Source: a virus. Taken from it: DNA of 64,000 nucleotides. The notes below the pieces were generated by a model. That model saw only the letters and a program-made list of their open reading frames with translations. It was not told the DNA's origin and made no database searches. Below, piece after piece: positions 21,401-31,275 of this stretch (the stretch's first letter is position 1; every line of letters begins with the position of its first letter). Location: IMG/VR virus record IMGVR_UViG_3300037322_000296, positions 3,085 through 67,084 of that record. One strand, given 5' to 3'. The position numbers were made by a program, and so were the translations under genes.

Positions 21401-24400
21401 AAGTTTAATGAAATTTACGACAAGTACGACAAGTTAATTACTCCATTATTAGAGCAACAAAATGAAGCAACACCGAGCAAAGATACTCCTGCTAATGGAA
21501 ACGTTCGACCTAGAATTGATGGGTTGGAGCAAACACCGCAACAACCAACTAATACACCAAGTAACGTTTCCGAAACCGTTGACGTTGGAGAAAGTGAAGG
21601 CGATGTTGAAGTAGTAAAAAAACCTGTAACTTTACAAGAGGATGCGAAACCTAACGCTTTAGATTTTTTAGATAAGAATATATTTGCTGATTTCAATAAA
21701 GAAGGCGAAACCCCAAAAGCAGTCAAAACACCTAATAAAGTGGTGCAAAAAGGAATATCCACTTCTGTTACGGACTTACCGATTAAAGATATTGTTACAG
21801 ACGAGTCAAGATTTCAAAACAGAGAAGGACTAGACGAAGAAAGAGTTCAAAATATAGTTGAAAATTTTGACAAGAACAAATTACTCCCTATCACAGTTTT
21901 TGAGGAAGGTGGTAAATACACCGTTTTATCAGGCCATCACCGTTTTGAAGCAATGAAACGTATGGGCGTTAATAAAATTGCGGTAAAAATATTCGATGGA
22001 ACAGAAGCCGAAGCTAAGGAATTTGCAAAAGACAGCAATACATTAGAAAAGCAAGAAACGGCAATAGAAAGAGCAAGTCGTTATAGAGAATTAAGAGCGC
22101 AAGGGCTATCTGAAAAGCAAATTACAGATATGGCAAGACAGGCTCATGGTAGCGATGCGGTTAAGATTGTAAATATGTCAAGACTTGAACCGAATGGAAA
22201 AGCATTGGAAACCGTTAAGCAGTTTGAAAAAAGCACTGATACTGATACTAAAAATAAAGTTCAAGCAGTGGCAGAATGGATAGGAAATGTCAAATCCAAG
22301 CATCCTGACTTATCAAAGGTTCAAGAAAATGAAATGTTTGATTATTTAATGGATGCTTATTCTACTAAAAAAGGAGCAGGAAAAATAACCAACAGAACAC
22401 AATTTTTCGATTTAGCTAACGCACTGATTACTAAGTTAAAAGAAAAAGGTAACTTTGACGAAAACACAACCGTAAATTTTAAAAACTCATTAGGCAAAAG
22501 CAGTATCGAACTAGAGTACGATAAAGCATTAAACGACGCAAAAGAAGCCGTTAAATCAGCTCAGAAAGAATTAGATAATAAAAGAGCCGACTTTTTAGCT
22601 AAGGGAGCTACAAAGGAAGATTTTGATAGAGTATTACCAAGTTACGAGAGTAAATTACAAACCGCTATTAAGAATGAGAATGATATTAGAAAAGACAAAG
22701 GTTTATTAAAAGAAGCCGTAAAAGACCAAGTATCATTATTTGACGAGATAGAAAATAATAAATTAGATGAAAAACCAAACGCCCACAGAGAAGTTCAGAA
22801 CATTCTTGAAGGAAACTCAGAAGAAACACCAAGCGATAAGAGAAGTGCTGAAGAAGAACAGCAAGAAGTAGGTAAAGAAAACTTAATAAAAGTATATCAT
22901 GGAGGTAGTGTTAAATCTATCGAAAACTTAGATAAAGGAGAACCATTATTTGTATCTGAAAATGAAGCGCAGGCTAAAGAATATACTAAGGAAAACGAAG
23001 GGAGTGTTGCTAGTTTTGAAATAAACGAAAATACAGTAGCTTCCGAAGAAACAGTAAGAGAAGCTATAGCGGAATTAGGTTTAATACCTAAAGAAGAAGG
23101 TTGGGAGGCAGATGAATTGAATATTTTTGAATTAATAGACCCTAAATTTGATACGTCTTTTACCGTTGAAGATATTAATATATTATTTAGAGAGTTAGAA
23201 AAAAGAGGTTTTGAGTCAGCTAGGTTTTACGATACTAACCTTAAAACTCTTAAACAAGATATTGAAAATATAGTAATATTTAATCCCCAACAAACATTAA
23301 GCGATAAACAAAAACCTCTAACCAAAGAACAAAAGAAACAAGTCAAGTTTAATGCTATTGATGTAGCAGTAGGAAAGATAAATAAAGCGCTCCCAAAAGG
23401 AGGCGGTGATGGTTACGACGGAAACATAAACGGAGTAAACCAAGATGCTATTTTAGACCACATAGCCGAAGCTATAAAAAAAATGGTTAGCGCAGGATAC
23501 GATATTGAAGAAGCTATTACTGAAATGATAAAAACGGTAAAAAACAACTTTAACTTTGATTTAAACATCGACGACATCAAGGCAAGGCTAAATCAAAAAA
23601 CAAAACAGCAAGGAGAGGAATTCGAAAGAAAATCAGGTAAAAAGTCTATTGCTAACAGAATATTTGACGGAGATAATAAAGCAATGCGAAAAGCCGTTTC
23701 TAAATATTCTCTTGATTATGAAGTGGAGAATCAAAACGAAGCAAAAGAAAATGCTGAAAATTTTGTAGACGAAGTAGGTATTCAAAACGCATATAATGAA
23801 GTTAAAAAAGGCAATATAAAAGGTGCTGAGAAAGCATTTGTTTATGCTAAAATAATAAAAGAATTATCAGAAGATATAAATTCTTTCCCAGAATCAGAAA
23901 GGTCGGAGATTGAAAGCATAAAAGAAAAGATGCTAGAAGATATTCAGCAAGAATTTGACCAAGAAGCTAGAAGTTCAGGTAGATTTATTGCTGCATTGGC
24001 AAATGTGTATAATTCTTCTCAAGGAGCATATAGTTTTAACAAAATGGTTAAGGATTATAAGGCTAAAAATAAAGGGAAAATAGATACCGAAACTTTAAAA
24101 AAGTTTGTTGAATTAGAAGCTAATTTAAAAGCATTAGAAGATAAAGTAAAAGTACTAGAAGCTCAAAAATTAGTTGAAGAAGAAAATCAAGCTTTCAACA
24201 ATATAGTTGAATCAATTGCTCGTGGTAAAAAAATAAACACAAATCAAAAAATAACCAACAAGCAAAAAGCAAAAAGTTTAGCTGATAAATTAAGAACTTT
24301 TAAAACAACCAATAAAGGAAATTTAAACGCTGCAACTCCGTTTAGTTTAGCTTACGACCTTGCTATTGAAGCCGCAGCAAAAATAATTGAAACTTCAGGA

Positions 24401-27319
24401 AGTATTGCAGATGCTATAAAAGCAGGACTAGAATCAATTAGAAAAAGTAATTTAGATAAAAACGAAAAAAGTCAAGCAGTAAATGAACTTTTTGATGCTT
24501 TTGATAATACGGAAGGAAGTTCTAAGGCTTCAATGTCAATAAACGAAGATGGAAGATTACGTATTCCGAATTCATTGATTAGAGAAAAGGTAGAAAGCGG
24601 AATTGATAATATTGAAGATTTAACTACGGAAATACTAGCTGAGGTTGAAGAAATGTTTCCTGACCAAGAGTTTACAGAAAGAGAAGTTAGAGATGCAATT
24701 ACCGGATATGGAAAAACTTCTAACCCTAACTTAGACGATATACAAACCGAAGTTTCAGTAATGAAATCTTTAGGTAGAATTGCGTCAGGAATAGAAGATG
24801 CTAATGCAGGGAAAAGACCTTTGCGTTCAGGACAACAACGCAGAGAAACCACTCCTAAAGAACGTATGGAGATGAAGAAATTAAAGGCGTTGTTAAGAGA
24901 TTTACCTTTAGCCGCTGCTGATATTGAAAAGGCATATAAAACAGCCTTAGAAACGATTAAAAAACGTTTATCAAACGAAATTGAAGAAATAGACATTCAA
25001 CTTGCGAATGGAGAAAGAAGAAAAGGAGAAAAAAGCGTAATTGAATACGACAAAGAAGCAAATGAATTAAAAGCTATTCGTAATTCTAAAAGAGAACAAC
25101 TTGATGAATTAGTTGGAAAACCTCAATTAACAGATGAACAAAAAATCGAAAGATCAGAGAAACTTTTACAAAAGAGAATTGATGATTTACAAGAGAAAAT
25201 AGCTAAAGGCGAGATTGAGTATGCTAAAAAGCCAGAACAAGTAACTTCTAATAAATTAGAAGAAATGCGTAAGGTTAAAAAAGAATTAGACGATCAGGTT
25301 AATAAGATGCGTGAAGATTCAGGTATGTTAGAAACTAGATTAATTGAAATTGCAAAGAGAAACGCAAGAAAAAGACTTGAAACCTTAAAGAAAAAAATTG
25401 CCGATAAAGATTTTTCTAAAACAAAAAGAAAGCCAGGTCCAACAGATGTAGAATTAGATAAATTAAAATCACAAATATTAGAGCAAAAGGAATTATACGA
25501 TACAGAAAGTTATTTGATAGAATTAAAAAACAGAAGTAAAGCTAAAAAAATAGGAGATTTTATAAAAGATTTAATATCTGTTCCTAAAATTATGAGTTTT
25601 ACTGTCGATTTAAGTTTTGTGGGGATACAAAATGTAACTCAGGTTTATAAAATGAGTGCTAATTCTCTAGTAAGTTTAATAAAAACAGGTAAGCTAAAGG
25701 GCGAATTAAGGGGTTCTTTAATGAATATGGCTAAGGCTATGGCTAGTCCTGATTTTGAGCAGAAATATATGGATAAAGTTAAATCAGATCCAATGTACGC
25801 ATTAATGAAACAAGTGAAACTAGGTTTAGTAGAATCTCATTACAAAGAAGCCGCTAAAGCTGAAGTATTTCAAAATAACTTAATAAGCACTTTGTTTGAT
25901 TTATTTGGTAATTATGTAGCTAGACAAGGTTTTGAAAAGGCAGGAGATATAATTAAAAACTATGTAAATATAGTTGCTATTTTTGAAAGAGGACAAACCG
26001 TATTTGAAAATGAAATAAGAAGAAAACGTTTTGAAGAAGGCGTAAAGCTTTTAGAGATTCAAGGATATAATCCCATAGAAAATATTGATGAATACAAAAA
26101 AGTAGCTGCTGCGGTAAATACATTAACAGGTAGAGCAAATACAGGTAGTAAAATTGCATCAGGATTAAGAGAAATGAATGGAATATTATTTTCTTCTTTC
26201 TCAAATTGGGCAGCAGGAATTAATCAACTAAATCCTTATTGGTATTCTACATTAACTCCTACTGCAAGAAAAATGGCTTTAACAGACGTGGCGCATCATA
26301 TTATAGGCGCAGGATCTATAGTAACAATGGCTGCAATGTATGGATTAGGTCAATCGGGAGAAGAAGACGAAAAAGATAAAGTAACTGTTGAAACAGATTT
26401 AACTAGCTCAGATGCCGGAGTTATTAAAGTGGGTAACGTTAGGATTGATCCTTGGGCAGGTAAGAAAACAACGATTGTTGCTATGTCAAGATTATTTAAA
26501 GGAGGTAGGTTAGATAAATACGGAAACTTCAAAGAATACGGGAATAAATATGAAGATATACCATACATAGATTTACCTTTAGATTATGCAGGAAACAAAC
26601 TTGCTCCTGGAATTAGAGCTGTTTTAGAAAGAACTTTTTTAACTGAAAAAGTAGAGCTAAATAACGGAGAATCTTTCAGAGAAGACAAATACGGAACTGA
26701 TTTTAAAGAATCTGATTATTTAACTCCGCTTGTTTTTGATGCTTTTTCGGAAGTAAATAGAGAACAACCTGGACTACTTGGAAAAGCAGTAATGGCTATA
26801 TCTTGGACAGGATTAGTAAATACTAATGTGTATGGCGGATATAGAGAAGGTATAAAAGGAATGCGAGATGGTCGTATGGATATAGAAACTAAAGAAGAAC
26901 TTCAAAGACTAACCGACAAAGAAGGTGTTTTTAAAAATAAATTTGACAAATTGGCTAAGGATGCTTTTGAAGAAAAACTAAATCCTAAACAAGTTCAAGA
27001 TAGTCTTTACAAATTAGTACAAGGAGATCCTGAATTATACAATAAAAAAATGGAATCTTTAATAAATAAAGTAGATAAAGAGAACGTGAAAAAGTACGTT
27101 ACAGATGCTTTCTTTATAGCTTTAGAAAAAGAAAATAATCCTGAGAAACAAGCCATAATGTATTACTCTCAGTTTAAGGATGGAAAAGGATTAAGTAAAG
27201 AGGTACAGAAAGATATAGACAAAAACAGTATGTTAGTTAAGTTTAAAGTAACTCCTGAATTCTTGGATGCTTATAGAAAAATAATAAAATTAAAAAGTGA
27301 AAAGAAAGCCATCAATTAA
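18422..27319 (+). CDS. giant internal virion (polyvalent) protein with ParB/Srx-like and ART-like domains
   Basis: 2965 aa; PITVFEEGGKYTVLSGHHRFEAM (ParB-like) and KVYHGG...LFVSENEAQAKEY (ADP-ribosyltransferase-like). Confidence 0.8.
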   Translation: MLQPKPKFDPNQPYKVVKENKSETTGKPAFDPNEPFDVVKKKEDTTSTSTIQKENLALEQKSGSSDLPKMKSFDGLSKKDIASLKSNPNAPKLNIPKPIERTLTGTNAYLKKLSNNKPKILENYTKLTNSEVVDQAYIDQERQDIEADFNDTGFLNTVTTGLKNVANAIIAPTQAALTFGTSDPEPFFQTDPFSKEKLTVEKRITLEISEAKKLNLPKPIYNQEAINKMVKEEKLSNNIALKKESQVRSFIEDLDESDKDDLSNYKLIDALSLDLKEKDNLKKQGVISETISVTQEEILGLVSKSKKGNLTEDEKVNLQNYSASVKQNQTELLKLKEDFYSNDKKLGTAKENLDLLKRDYTFSRHFKNLEASVVDLFSNTSGVLDYGFKAGQNVVDNFDMPILSGAMKLGQRVFGESSIELKKDSENLRSKTAKPISVDGIKSLDDLGSWAGDNFTSQATVFALIATGLPGVATLGATSTGQKYQEMKAEMEAGTEIYDDSQLLSIPAIFGASEIASATVDLYLFKQAQRTYRAATSGERSMIADGFGKKLFNLVKAPAIEVPDEISTQFVQNAADIYLGGKTDKDLTDGFKDAGAAAVLFGLVIGTAPAIISKATNKYSTDTKLQKVNAEMIGLQAELDKFDISDANRKTITDQLNVAKEKSTSLLKKRVKDMSTLSNEQFLEINKIEKTQANIRDKAKSIKEDTSLNNDTKKQILGNLKEEFNATEQRRVDLLNRGANVQLERIDEKDRTRLKEKALKELTKEQNPDGTKEITIKDDEISKRAVQIYNQEVQVKNAKIKEAILKEEALKKEESEKIVPVQDVVIQPIELSVESNTIEDINEKGIEFGLDKPLRREFEEGEDGDKKYAEANIQHNKNVDEAISGLTQNGILIAEGAEYEVEVTSQGVTVRPKGQDYKNYYKGKRVSADTPFTKGFKFIPNEVKPQINTPAQQVEGLRADEQAELREAIPNAEQFVTDGKIDETKLENTEDKAKFNEIYDKYDKLITPLLEQQNEATPSKDTPANGNVRPRIDGLEQTPQQPTNTPSNVSETVDVGESEGDVEVVKKPVTLQEDAKPNALDFLDKNIFADFNKEGETPKAVKTPNKVVQKGISTSVTDLPIKDIVTDESRFQNREGLDEERVQNIVENFDKNKLLPITVFEEGGKYTVLSGHHRFEAMKRMGVNKIAVKIFDGTEAEAKEFAKDSNTLEKQETAIERASRYRELRAQGLSEKQITDMARQAHGSDAVKIVNMSRLEPNGKALETVKQFEKSTDTDTKNKVQAVAEWIGNVKSKHPDLSKVQENEMFDYLMDAYSTKKGAGKITNRTQFFDLANALITKLKEKGNFDENTTVNFKNSLGKSSIELEYDKALNDAKEAVKSAQKELDNKRADFLAKGATKEDFDRVLPSYESKLQTAIKNENDIRKDKGLLKEAVKDQVSLFDEIENNKLDEKPNAHREVQNILEGNSEETPSDKRSAEEEQQEVGKENLIKVYHGGSVKSIENLDKGEPLFVSENEAQAKEYTKENEGSVASFEINENTVASEETVREAIAELGLIPKEEGWEADELNIFELIDPKFDTSFTVEDINILFRELEKRGFESARFYDTNLKTLKQDIENIVIFNPQQTLSDKQKPLTKEQKKQVKFNAIDVAVGKINKALPKGGGDGYDGNINGVNQDAILDHIAEAIKKMVSAGYDIEEAITEMIKTVKNNFNFDLNIDDIKARLNQKTKQQGEEFERKSGKKSIANRIFDGDNKAMRKAVSKYSLDYEVENQNEAKENAENFVDEVGIQNAYNEVKKGNIKGAEKAFVYAKIIKELSEDINSFPESERSEIESIKEKMLEDIQQEFDQEARSSGRFIAALANVYNSSQGAYSFNKMVKDYKAKNKGKIDTETLKKFVELEANLKALEDKVKVLEAQKLVEEENQAFNNIVESIARGKKINTNQKITNKQKAKSLADKLRTFKTTNKGNLNAATPFSLAYDLAIEAAAKIIETSGSIADAIKAGLESIRKSNLDKNEKSQAVNELFDAFDNTEGSSKASMSINEDGRLRIPNSLIREKVESGIDNIEDLTTEILAEVEEMFPDQEFTEREVRDAITGYGKTSNPNLDDIQTEVSVMKSLGRIASGIEDANAGKRPLRSGQQRRETTPKERMEMKKLKALLRDLPLAAADIEKAYKTALETIKKRLSNEIEEIDIQLANGERRKGEKSVIEYDKEANELKAIRNSKREQLDELVGKPQLTDEQKIERSEKLLQKRIDDLQEKIAKGEIEYAKKPEQVTSNKLEEMRKVKKELDDQVNKMREDSGMLETRLIEIAKRNARKRLETLKKKIADKDFSKTKRKPGPTDVELDKLKSQILEQKELYDTESYLIELKNRSKAKKIGDFIKDLISVPKIMSFTVDLSFVGIQNVTQVYKMSANSLVSLIKTGKLKGELRGSLMNMAKAMASPDFEQKYMDKVKSDPMYALMKQVKLGLVESHYKEAAKAEVFQNNLISTLFDLFGNYVARQGFEKAGDIIKNYVNIVAIFERGQTVFENEIRRKRFEEGVKLLEIQGYNPIENIDEYKKVAAAVNTLTGRANTGSKIASGLREMNGILFSSFSNWAAGINQLNPYWYSTLTPTARKMALTDVAHHIIGAGSIVTMAAMYGLGQSGEEDEKDKVTVETDLTSSDAGVIKVGNVRIDPWAGKKTTIVAMSRLFKGGRLDKYGNFKEYGNKYEDIPYIDLPLDYAGNKLAPGIRAVLERTFLTEKVELNNGESFREDKYGTDFKESDYLTPLVFDAFSEVNREQPGLLGKAVMAISWTGLVNTNVYGGYREGIKGMRDGRMDIETKEELQRLTDKEGVFKNKFDKLAKDAFEEKLNPKQVQDSLYKLVQGDPELYNKKMESLINKVDKENVKKYVTDAFFIALEKENNPEKQAIMYYSQFKDGKGLSKEVQKDIDKNSMLVKFKVTPEFLDAYRKIIKLKSEKKAIN

Positions 27320-27331
27320 GATGGCTTTTTT
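27305..27331. terminator. bidirectional terminator between convergent operons
   Basis: aaagccatc-aattaa-gatggcttttt at the junction of + and - genes. Confidence 0.75.
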
Positions 27332-27332
27332 G

Positions 27333-27710
27333 TTATTTCAACTTGTCTATAACCTCTTGTAAATCTGCAATAGAACTGCCCGTCAATTGCTTAATTTCTT
27401 TAATTATCAATAACAAGCTTTTCAATTTTAAAGAATCTCGAAGCGCATACCTTTCTTTTCTAATTAACATTCCGTCTATTTCTTCTTCTGTAACCCATAT
27501 AGCATCTAGCTCGTTTTTATCAATTAAAATTCCTTCCATTGGGTGTTGCTTGTACATATCCTCTAAAGGCACACGTTTTTTAGGTTTGTTAACTGTTTCT
27601 TCAATTAGCAAATTCTCTAAAAATACGTTAAGTAAAAACTTACGTTTCTTTTTTCTACTACTCAATGTTTTGATGTAATCTAATTGCTCTTCGTTGATTT
27701 GTAGTTTCAT
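27333..27710 (-). CDS. hypothetical protein
   Basis: 125-aa ORF ending at the terminator. Confidence 0.65.
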   Translation of the reverse strand: MKLQINEEQLDYIKTLSSRKKKRKFLLNVFLENLLIEETVNKPKKRVPLEDMYKQHPMEGILIDKNELDAIWVTEEEIDGMLIRKERYALRDSLKLKSLLLIIKEIKQLTGSSIADLQEVIDKLK

Positions 27711-27733
27711 AATTATTTGGGTTTTAGTTTTAA

Positions 27734-27825
27734 TATCTATTTTTTTTAGCGCAATTGGTTAAATTTTTAATTGTTTGGTTATTAGTTATTTAGAAACGTA
27801 GGTTCGTATATATACAAGTTGTAGG
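27734..27825 (+). repeat. attI-like anchor, copy 1 (inverted repeat of 45619-45709)
   Basis: 92 bp, 7 substitutions and 1 gap versus reverse complement of 45619-45709; ends TATATATACAAG|TTGTAGG at first cassette. Confidence 0.9.
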
Positions 27826-27836
27826 TAATGCTGCGT

Positions 27837-28964
27837 TTATCTTAAATAAGACAATATGTAAGCTATAACATCGATTGTCCAGCCATTACCTAACATTTTG
27901 TATCGTTGTGTATCTGAAACGTGATTTGTATAGTTTTCAGGTACGGTTTGCAATCTTTCACATTCTATTGGTGTTAATCTTCTTATGTTGGTTTTTGTTT
28001 GTATTAAATCCATATCACTATGATTCCCACCACTATTTCCGCCAGCAGTATAACAACTCGCTTTTTGTTGATTTTTTTTAATATTTCCTTTTTTATCAAC
28101 TTTTATATAAGTATCGGCATTTCCCATTTTGTGAACTCTTGCACTTATGCAACTTGATTTATTTTCAGATTGTAATGTTTCAGTTGTATATTTATTGAAA
28201 ACTTCGTGATTTTTCAAACATTCTAACATTTTGCCACTCAAAAAATATTTATCAGCAACATCAATTTCTAAAATATCTTTCAATAAAATTCCTTTGTCTT
28301 TTGGTTGTGGAATTGTACATTCTAAATCGCCAAAAAATCCAATTTGTTCAACTCCAATATTTGTCCAGTACAAACGATTTCTATTTTGAGCAGAAAGCAA
28401 AGCACTATTAATTTGGATCGGATTAATTCCGATTGCTCTTGTTAATACTTTTTGCCACTTTTCGCCCATTACTACGTTTTCAAGTAAAAAGTAAATGTTT
28501 GGATTAGTTTCTCGCAATTCGTTTAGTATTCGGATATATTCCCAAAACAAATAAGATTGTCCTTCAAATTCAAAGTTTTGACTTTTCAACTCCAGGTAAT
28601 GCTCGATTGATAAAATTTCAAGTTCACATTTTGTTGCCATTCCTTTTCTTTTTCCAGCAAACGAAAAACTTTGACAAGGCGAACCTCCAGCAAGTATGTG
28701 TACAAATCCTAAATCTTTACCTTTTACGTTTCTTACATCGCCAATTTGTATCGTATTTGGAAAATTAGCCATTGTAACTTGTATTGGATATTTTTCTATT
28801 TCAGAAGCGTAATATTTTGTTGGTGTTTTACTAATTTTATTTAACGCTAATTGAAAGCAACTCATTCCATCGAACAAAGAAACTGCTACAAAATCCGCAC
28901 TACCTACAACACGTGTTTTGCAAGATTGTGAATCCTGTGGTTTAATAATATTTTCGTTTCGCAT
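27837..28964 (-). CDS. C5-cytosine DNA methyltransferase (cassette 1)
   Basis: SLFDG, GGSPCQ, LLENV, QNRNRLY, GNGW motifs. Confidence 0.93.
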   Translation of the reverse strand: MRNENIIKPQDSQSCKTRVVGSADFVAVSLFDGMSCFQLALNKISKTPTKYYASEIEKYPIQVTMANFPNTIQIGDVRNVKGKDLGFVHILAGGSPCQSFSFAGKRKGMATKCELEILSIEHYLELKSQNFEFEGQSYLFWEYIRILNELRETNPNIYFLLENVVMGEKWQKVLTRAIGINPIQINSALLSAQNRNRLYWTNIGVEQIGFFGDLECTIPQPKDKGILLKDILEIDVADKYFLSGKMLECLKNHEVFNKYTTETLQSENKSSCISARVHKMGNADTYIKVDKKGNIKKNQQKASCYTAGGNSGGNHSDMDLIQTKTNIRRLTPIECERLQTVPENYTNHVSDTQRYKMLGNGWTIDVIAYILSYLR

Positions 28965-29027
28965 TGTAATTTATTTTAAGTTGAAATTTTACTGTTACGA
29001 AGTTCACAACCTCGCAAAGCACCAAAC
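28911..29027. repeat. attC-like palindromic spacer A (117 bp)
   Basis: Arms gtgttttgcaagattgtgaa / ttcacaacctcgcaaagcac between AAC and GTT. Confidence 0.85.
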
Positions 29028-29040
29028 GTTAGGCGTAATG

Positions 29041-29994
29041 CTAAGACAACCCTCCGAAGATATGAGCAATCGTATCAACATTCCATCCATTTCCTATCAT
29101 TTTTCTAATTTGGTTATCACTTGCCACACCATCAAAGTAAGTTTCAGGCACGGTTTGTAATCTGCAATATTCTTTGATTGAGTAATAGCGGAAAGGTAAA
29201 TTGTTTTTGAATGCGTTAGGGTGTCGTCCTATTGGCATTGTGGTTAAAACATTGTCTTTTGCTACTGTGGTTAAACAGTTGCTTTTATCTCGGTTTGTGG
29301 CTCTCACTTCAAGGCATTGCGTTATTGGTATTTCTTTGTTGTAATCCTCTCGTTTACCTTTATCGTTCAATCTTCTACCCAAAATAGTAGCCTTATTCAA
29401 TCTTCGTCCTCTTATTGGACTTGGACCAATCATCCCAGTATCTTCTAAAATATCAATCAATTTTATTTGTTTGTCGGTTGGTTGTTCAATTGTAAAGTTT
29501 GCCCAATACAATCGTTCTCTATTTTGGGCTGATACCAAAGCACTATTTATCCTTACAGGTTCTACCCCTAAGTGTTCGGTTATCACTTGTTCAAATTCCT
29601 TTTTCATAACCACATTTTCCAAAAGCCAATATTTCGGTTTACATTCCTTAATCAGTCTTACAAATTCAAAAAATAATTTGCTTCGTGGGTCATCAAAATT
29701 CAATTGCTTCCCGCTAAAACTAAATCCTTGGCAAGGGCTTCCACCTATCAATAAATCTACTTTCGGTAAATCCGTGCCTTTAATATCGGTAACACTTCCA
29801 AGTTGTATCGTATTAGGGTAATTGTGTTGTGTTACTTTTATGGCGTGTTTATCAATCTCCGAAGCATAATATTTGCCATAGGAAATGGATACTCTGTTGA
29901 GTGCAATTTGTCCGCAACTCATACCATCGAATAACGAAAGCACTGCACCTAACACGGGTTTGGCAAAATTGCCGTTTTGTTCTTCTATCAACAT
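29041..29994 (-). CDS. C5-cytosine DNA methyltransferase (cassette 2)
   Basis: SLFDG, GGSPCQ, LLENV, QNRERLY, GNGW motifs. Confidence 0.93.
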   Translation of the reverse strand: MLIEEQNGNFAKPVLGAVLSLFDGMSCGQIALNRVSISYGKYYASEIDKHAIKVTQHNYPNTIQLGSVTDIKGTDLPKVDLLIGGSPCQGFSFSGKQLNFDDPRSKLFFEFVRLIKECKPKYWLLENVVMKKEFEQVITEHLGVEPVRINSALVSAQNRERLYWANFTIEQPTDKQIKLIDILEDTGMIGPSPIRGRRLNKATILGRRLNDKGKREDYNKEIPITQCLEVRATNRDKSNCLTTVAKDNVLTTMPIGRHPNAFKNNLPFRYYSIKEYCRLQTVPETYFDGVASDNQIRKMIGNGWNVDTIAHIFGGLS

Positions 29995-30065
29995 TCGTTC
30001 TTAATTATTAAGTTTTGTATTTCAATTGAGCTTTCGGTTCGGCAACTTCGCCAAGCCCGAAACCG
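29954..30065. repeat. attC-like palindromic spacer B (112 bp)
   Basis: Arms cgggtttggcaaaattgccg / cggcaacttcgccaagcccg. Confidence 0.85.
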
Positions 30066-30077
30066 TTATGCCTCATT

Positions 30078-31046
30078 TTAGGAGGACTTACAGAAACAAT
30101 CAGTTTCAAATTCAAATAACTCTTGTTGTTGTTTTGAAAGTTCGTGTAAATCTTCCGCTTTTGTGAATGGTCTTTGTGCCATTTCTACAAGTTCCTCAAT
30201 ACTTTTATTTGTTCTTAAATCAAATCTCGGTACATCTTCAAAAGCATAAGTTTCTTCCATTCTTTGCCACCATTCCGCAATACTTGGATTATCTTTTATA
30301 ATTGTTAATCGCTTTTTTAATGACTTTTTAAAGCATAAATCACAATTTCCCTCGTAATCTTTTAAACCTAAATCAAAACTTTGTTTTTCCCAAAACTCAC
30401 GAACCATTCTTTGATTCATTGGCAATTCATCGCACAAAGGGTAAATTATATTTTCTTCTTTAGCGTGTATTGATTTTCGGTGCGCCTCGTCTGCTCTAAT
30501 GCCTATTGCACGAATTATATTCATATTTTTAAAATTATCTCTTAAATATGCGTCAATAGGCCTTTGTTTTAACTCTCTTGTGCAATTTGAAGCCATGTTG
30601 TTTGGTAATGGGTATTTTTTAAGCATTGCTTCAAATGGTTCTCCGTTTCTTGATGCAGTTTCAAAATTTACTATTGTGTATGTCGTACCTGTTTTAAAAA
30701 ACCTTACGTCTCTATCAAATTCTCTTAAACCAATAGCGTAATTTTCTCCAAGCATTTCTTTAAAGTCTTCCAGTCCATTTATATCGCATTTCATTCTTCC
30801 GAATCCTGGATAAACAAAATCGTAATTAACGCTTGCTTCAAGCCATATTAAATTTAATCCAAACTCTTTATCACATTTATCGGCAAAAATTAAACTCTTT
30901 TCTAATTCTCTACCTGTATTTAAAAACACATAAATAACGTTTGGATATTTATGTGGATTTTCTTTTAAATGCTTTGCTAAAATTGCAGATGTTCTACCAC
31001 TTGAAAACATACATACATACAATTTATTATTCAATGATTTTTCCAT
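30078..31046 (-). CDS. PAPS-reductase-family (PP-loop) protein (cassette 3)
   Basis: FSSGRTS, NTGRE, CTRELK, IGIRADE, GNCDLCF. Confidence 0.85.
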   Translation of the reverse strand: MEKSLNNKLYVCMFSSGRTSAILAKHLKENPHKYPNVIYVFLNTGRELEKSLIFADKCDKEFGLNLIWLEASVNYDFVYPGFGRMKCDINGLEDFKEMLGENYAIGLREFDRDVRFFKTGTTYTIVNFETASRNGEPFEAMLKKYPLPNNMASNCTRELKQRPIDAYLRDNFKNMNIIRAIGIRADEAHRKSIHAKEENIIYPLCDELPMNQRMVREFWEKQSFDLGLKDYEGNCDLCFKKSLKKRLTIIKDNPSIAEWWQRMEETYAFEDVPRFDLRTNKSIEELVEMAQRPFTKAEDLHELSKQQQELFEFETDCFCKSS

Positions 31047-31197
31047 AAGTATCTATTTCAAATTTTAATTCAAATTCACATTTTATTCCAAAATTTTGAG
31101 TGGAACAAGGATATTTAGATTTACAAACATTACAATAAAAACGAGGCATAACATCGGTTTGCACGCATTGCTCGTTTTCGTTTATATCGTTTTTCAT
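31027..31197 (-). CDS. 56-aa Cys-rich peptide starting inside spacer C (not in ORF track)
   Basis: MKNDINENEQCVQTDVMPRFYCNVCKSKYPCSTQNFGIKCEFELKFEIDTYGKIIE*, overlaps PAPS-reductase start by 20 nt. Confidence 0.55.
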   Translation of the reverse strand: MKNDINENEQCVQTDVMPRFYCNVCKSKYPCSTQNFGIKCEFELKFEIDTYGKIIE

Positions 31198-31262
31198 TTA
31201 CTTTTAGTTTTTAATAATTAAAATTCGTTTTCATAAGTCGCAACGACGTGCAAGCCGCAGCC
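31153..31262. repeat. attC-like palindromic spacer C (110 bp)
   Basis: Arms cggtttgcacgcattgc / gcaacgacgtgcaagccg (one extra base). Confidence 0.85.
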
Positions 31263-31275
31263 GTTAGCAAACAAC

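Noticed and set aside
870-26568. Minus-strand ORFs nested in structural genes (e.g. 20296-20745, 24472-24996)
   Set aside because: Antisense shadows of long + strand genes, F/S/L-rich with no motifs
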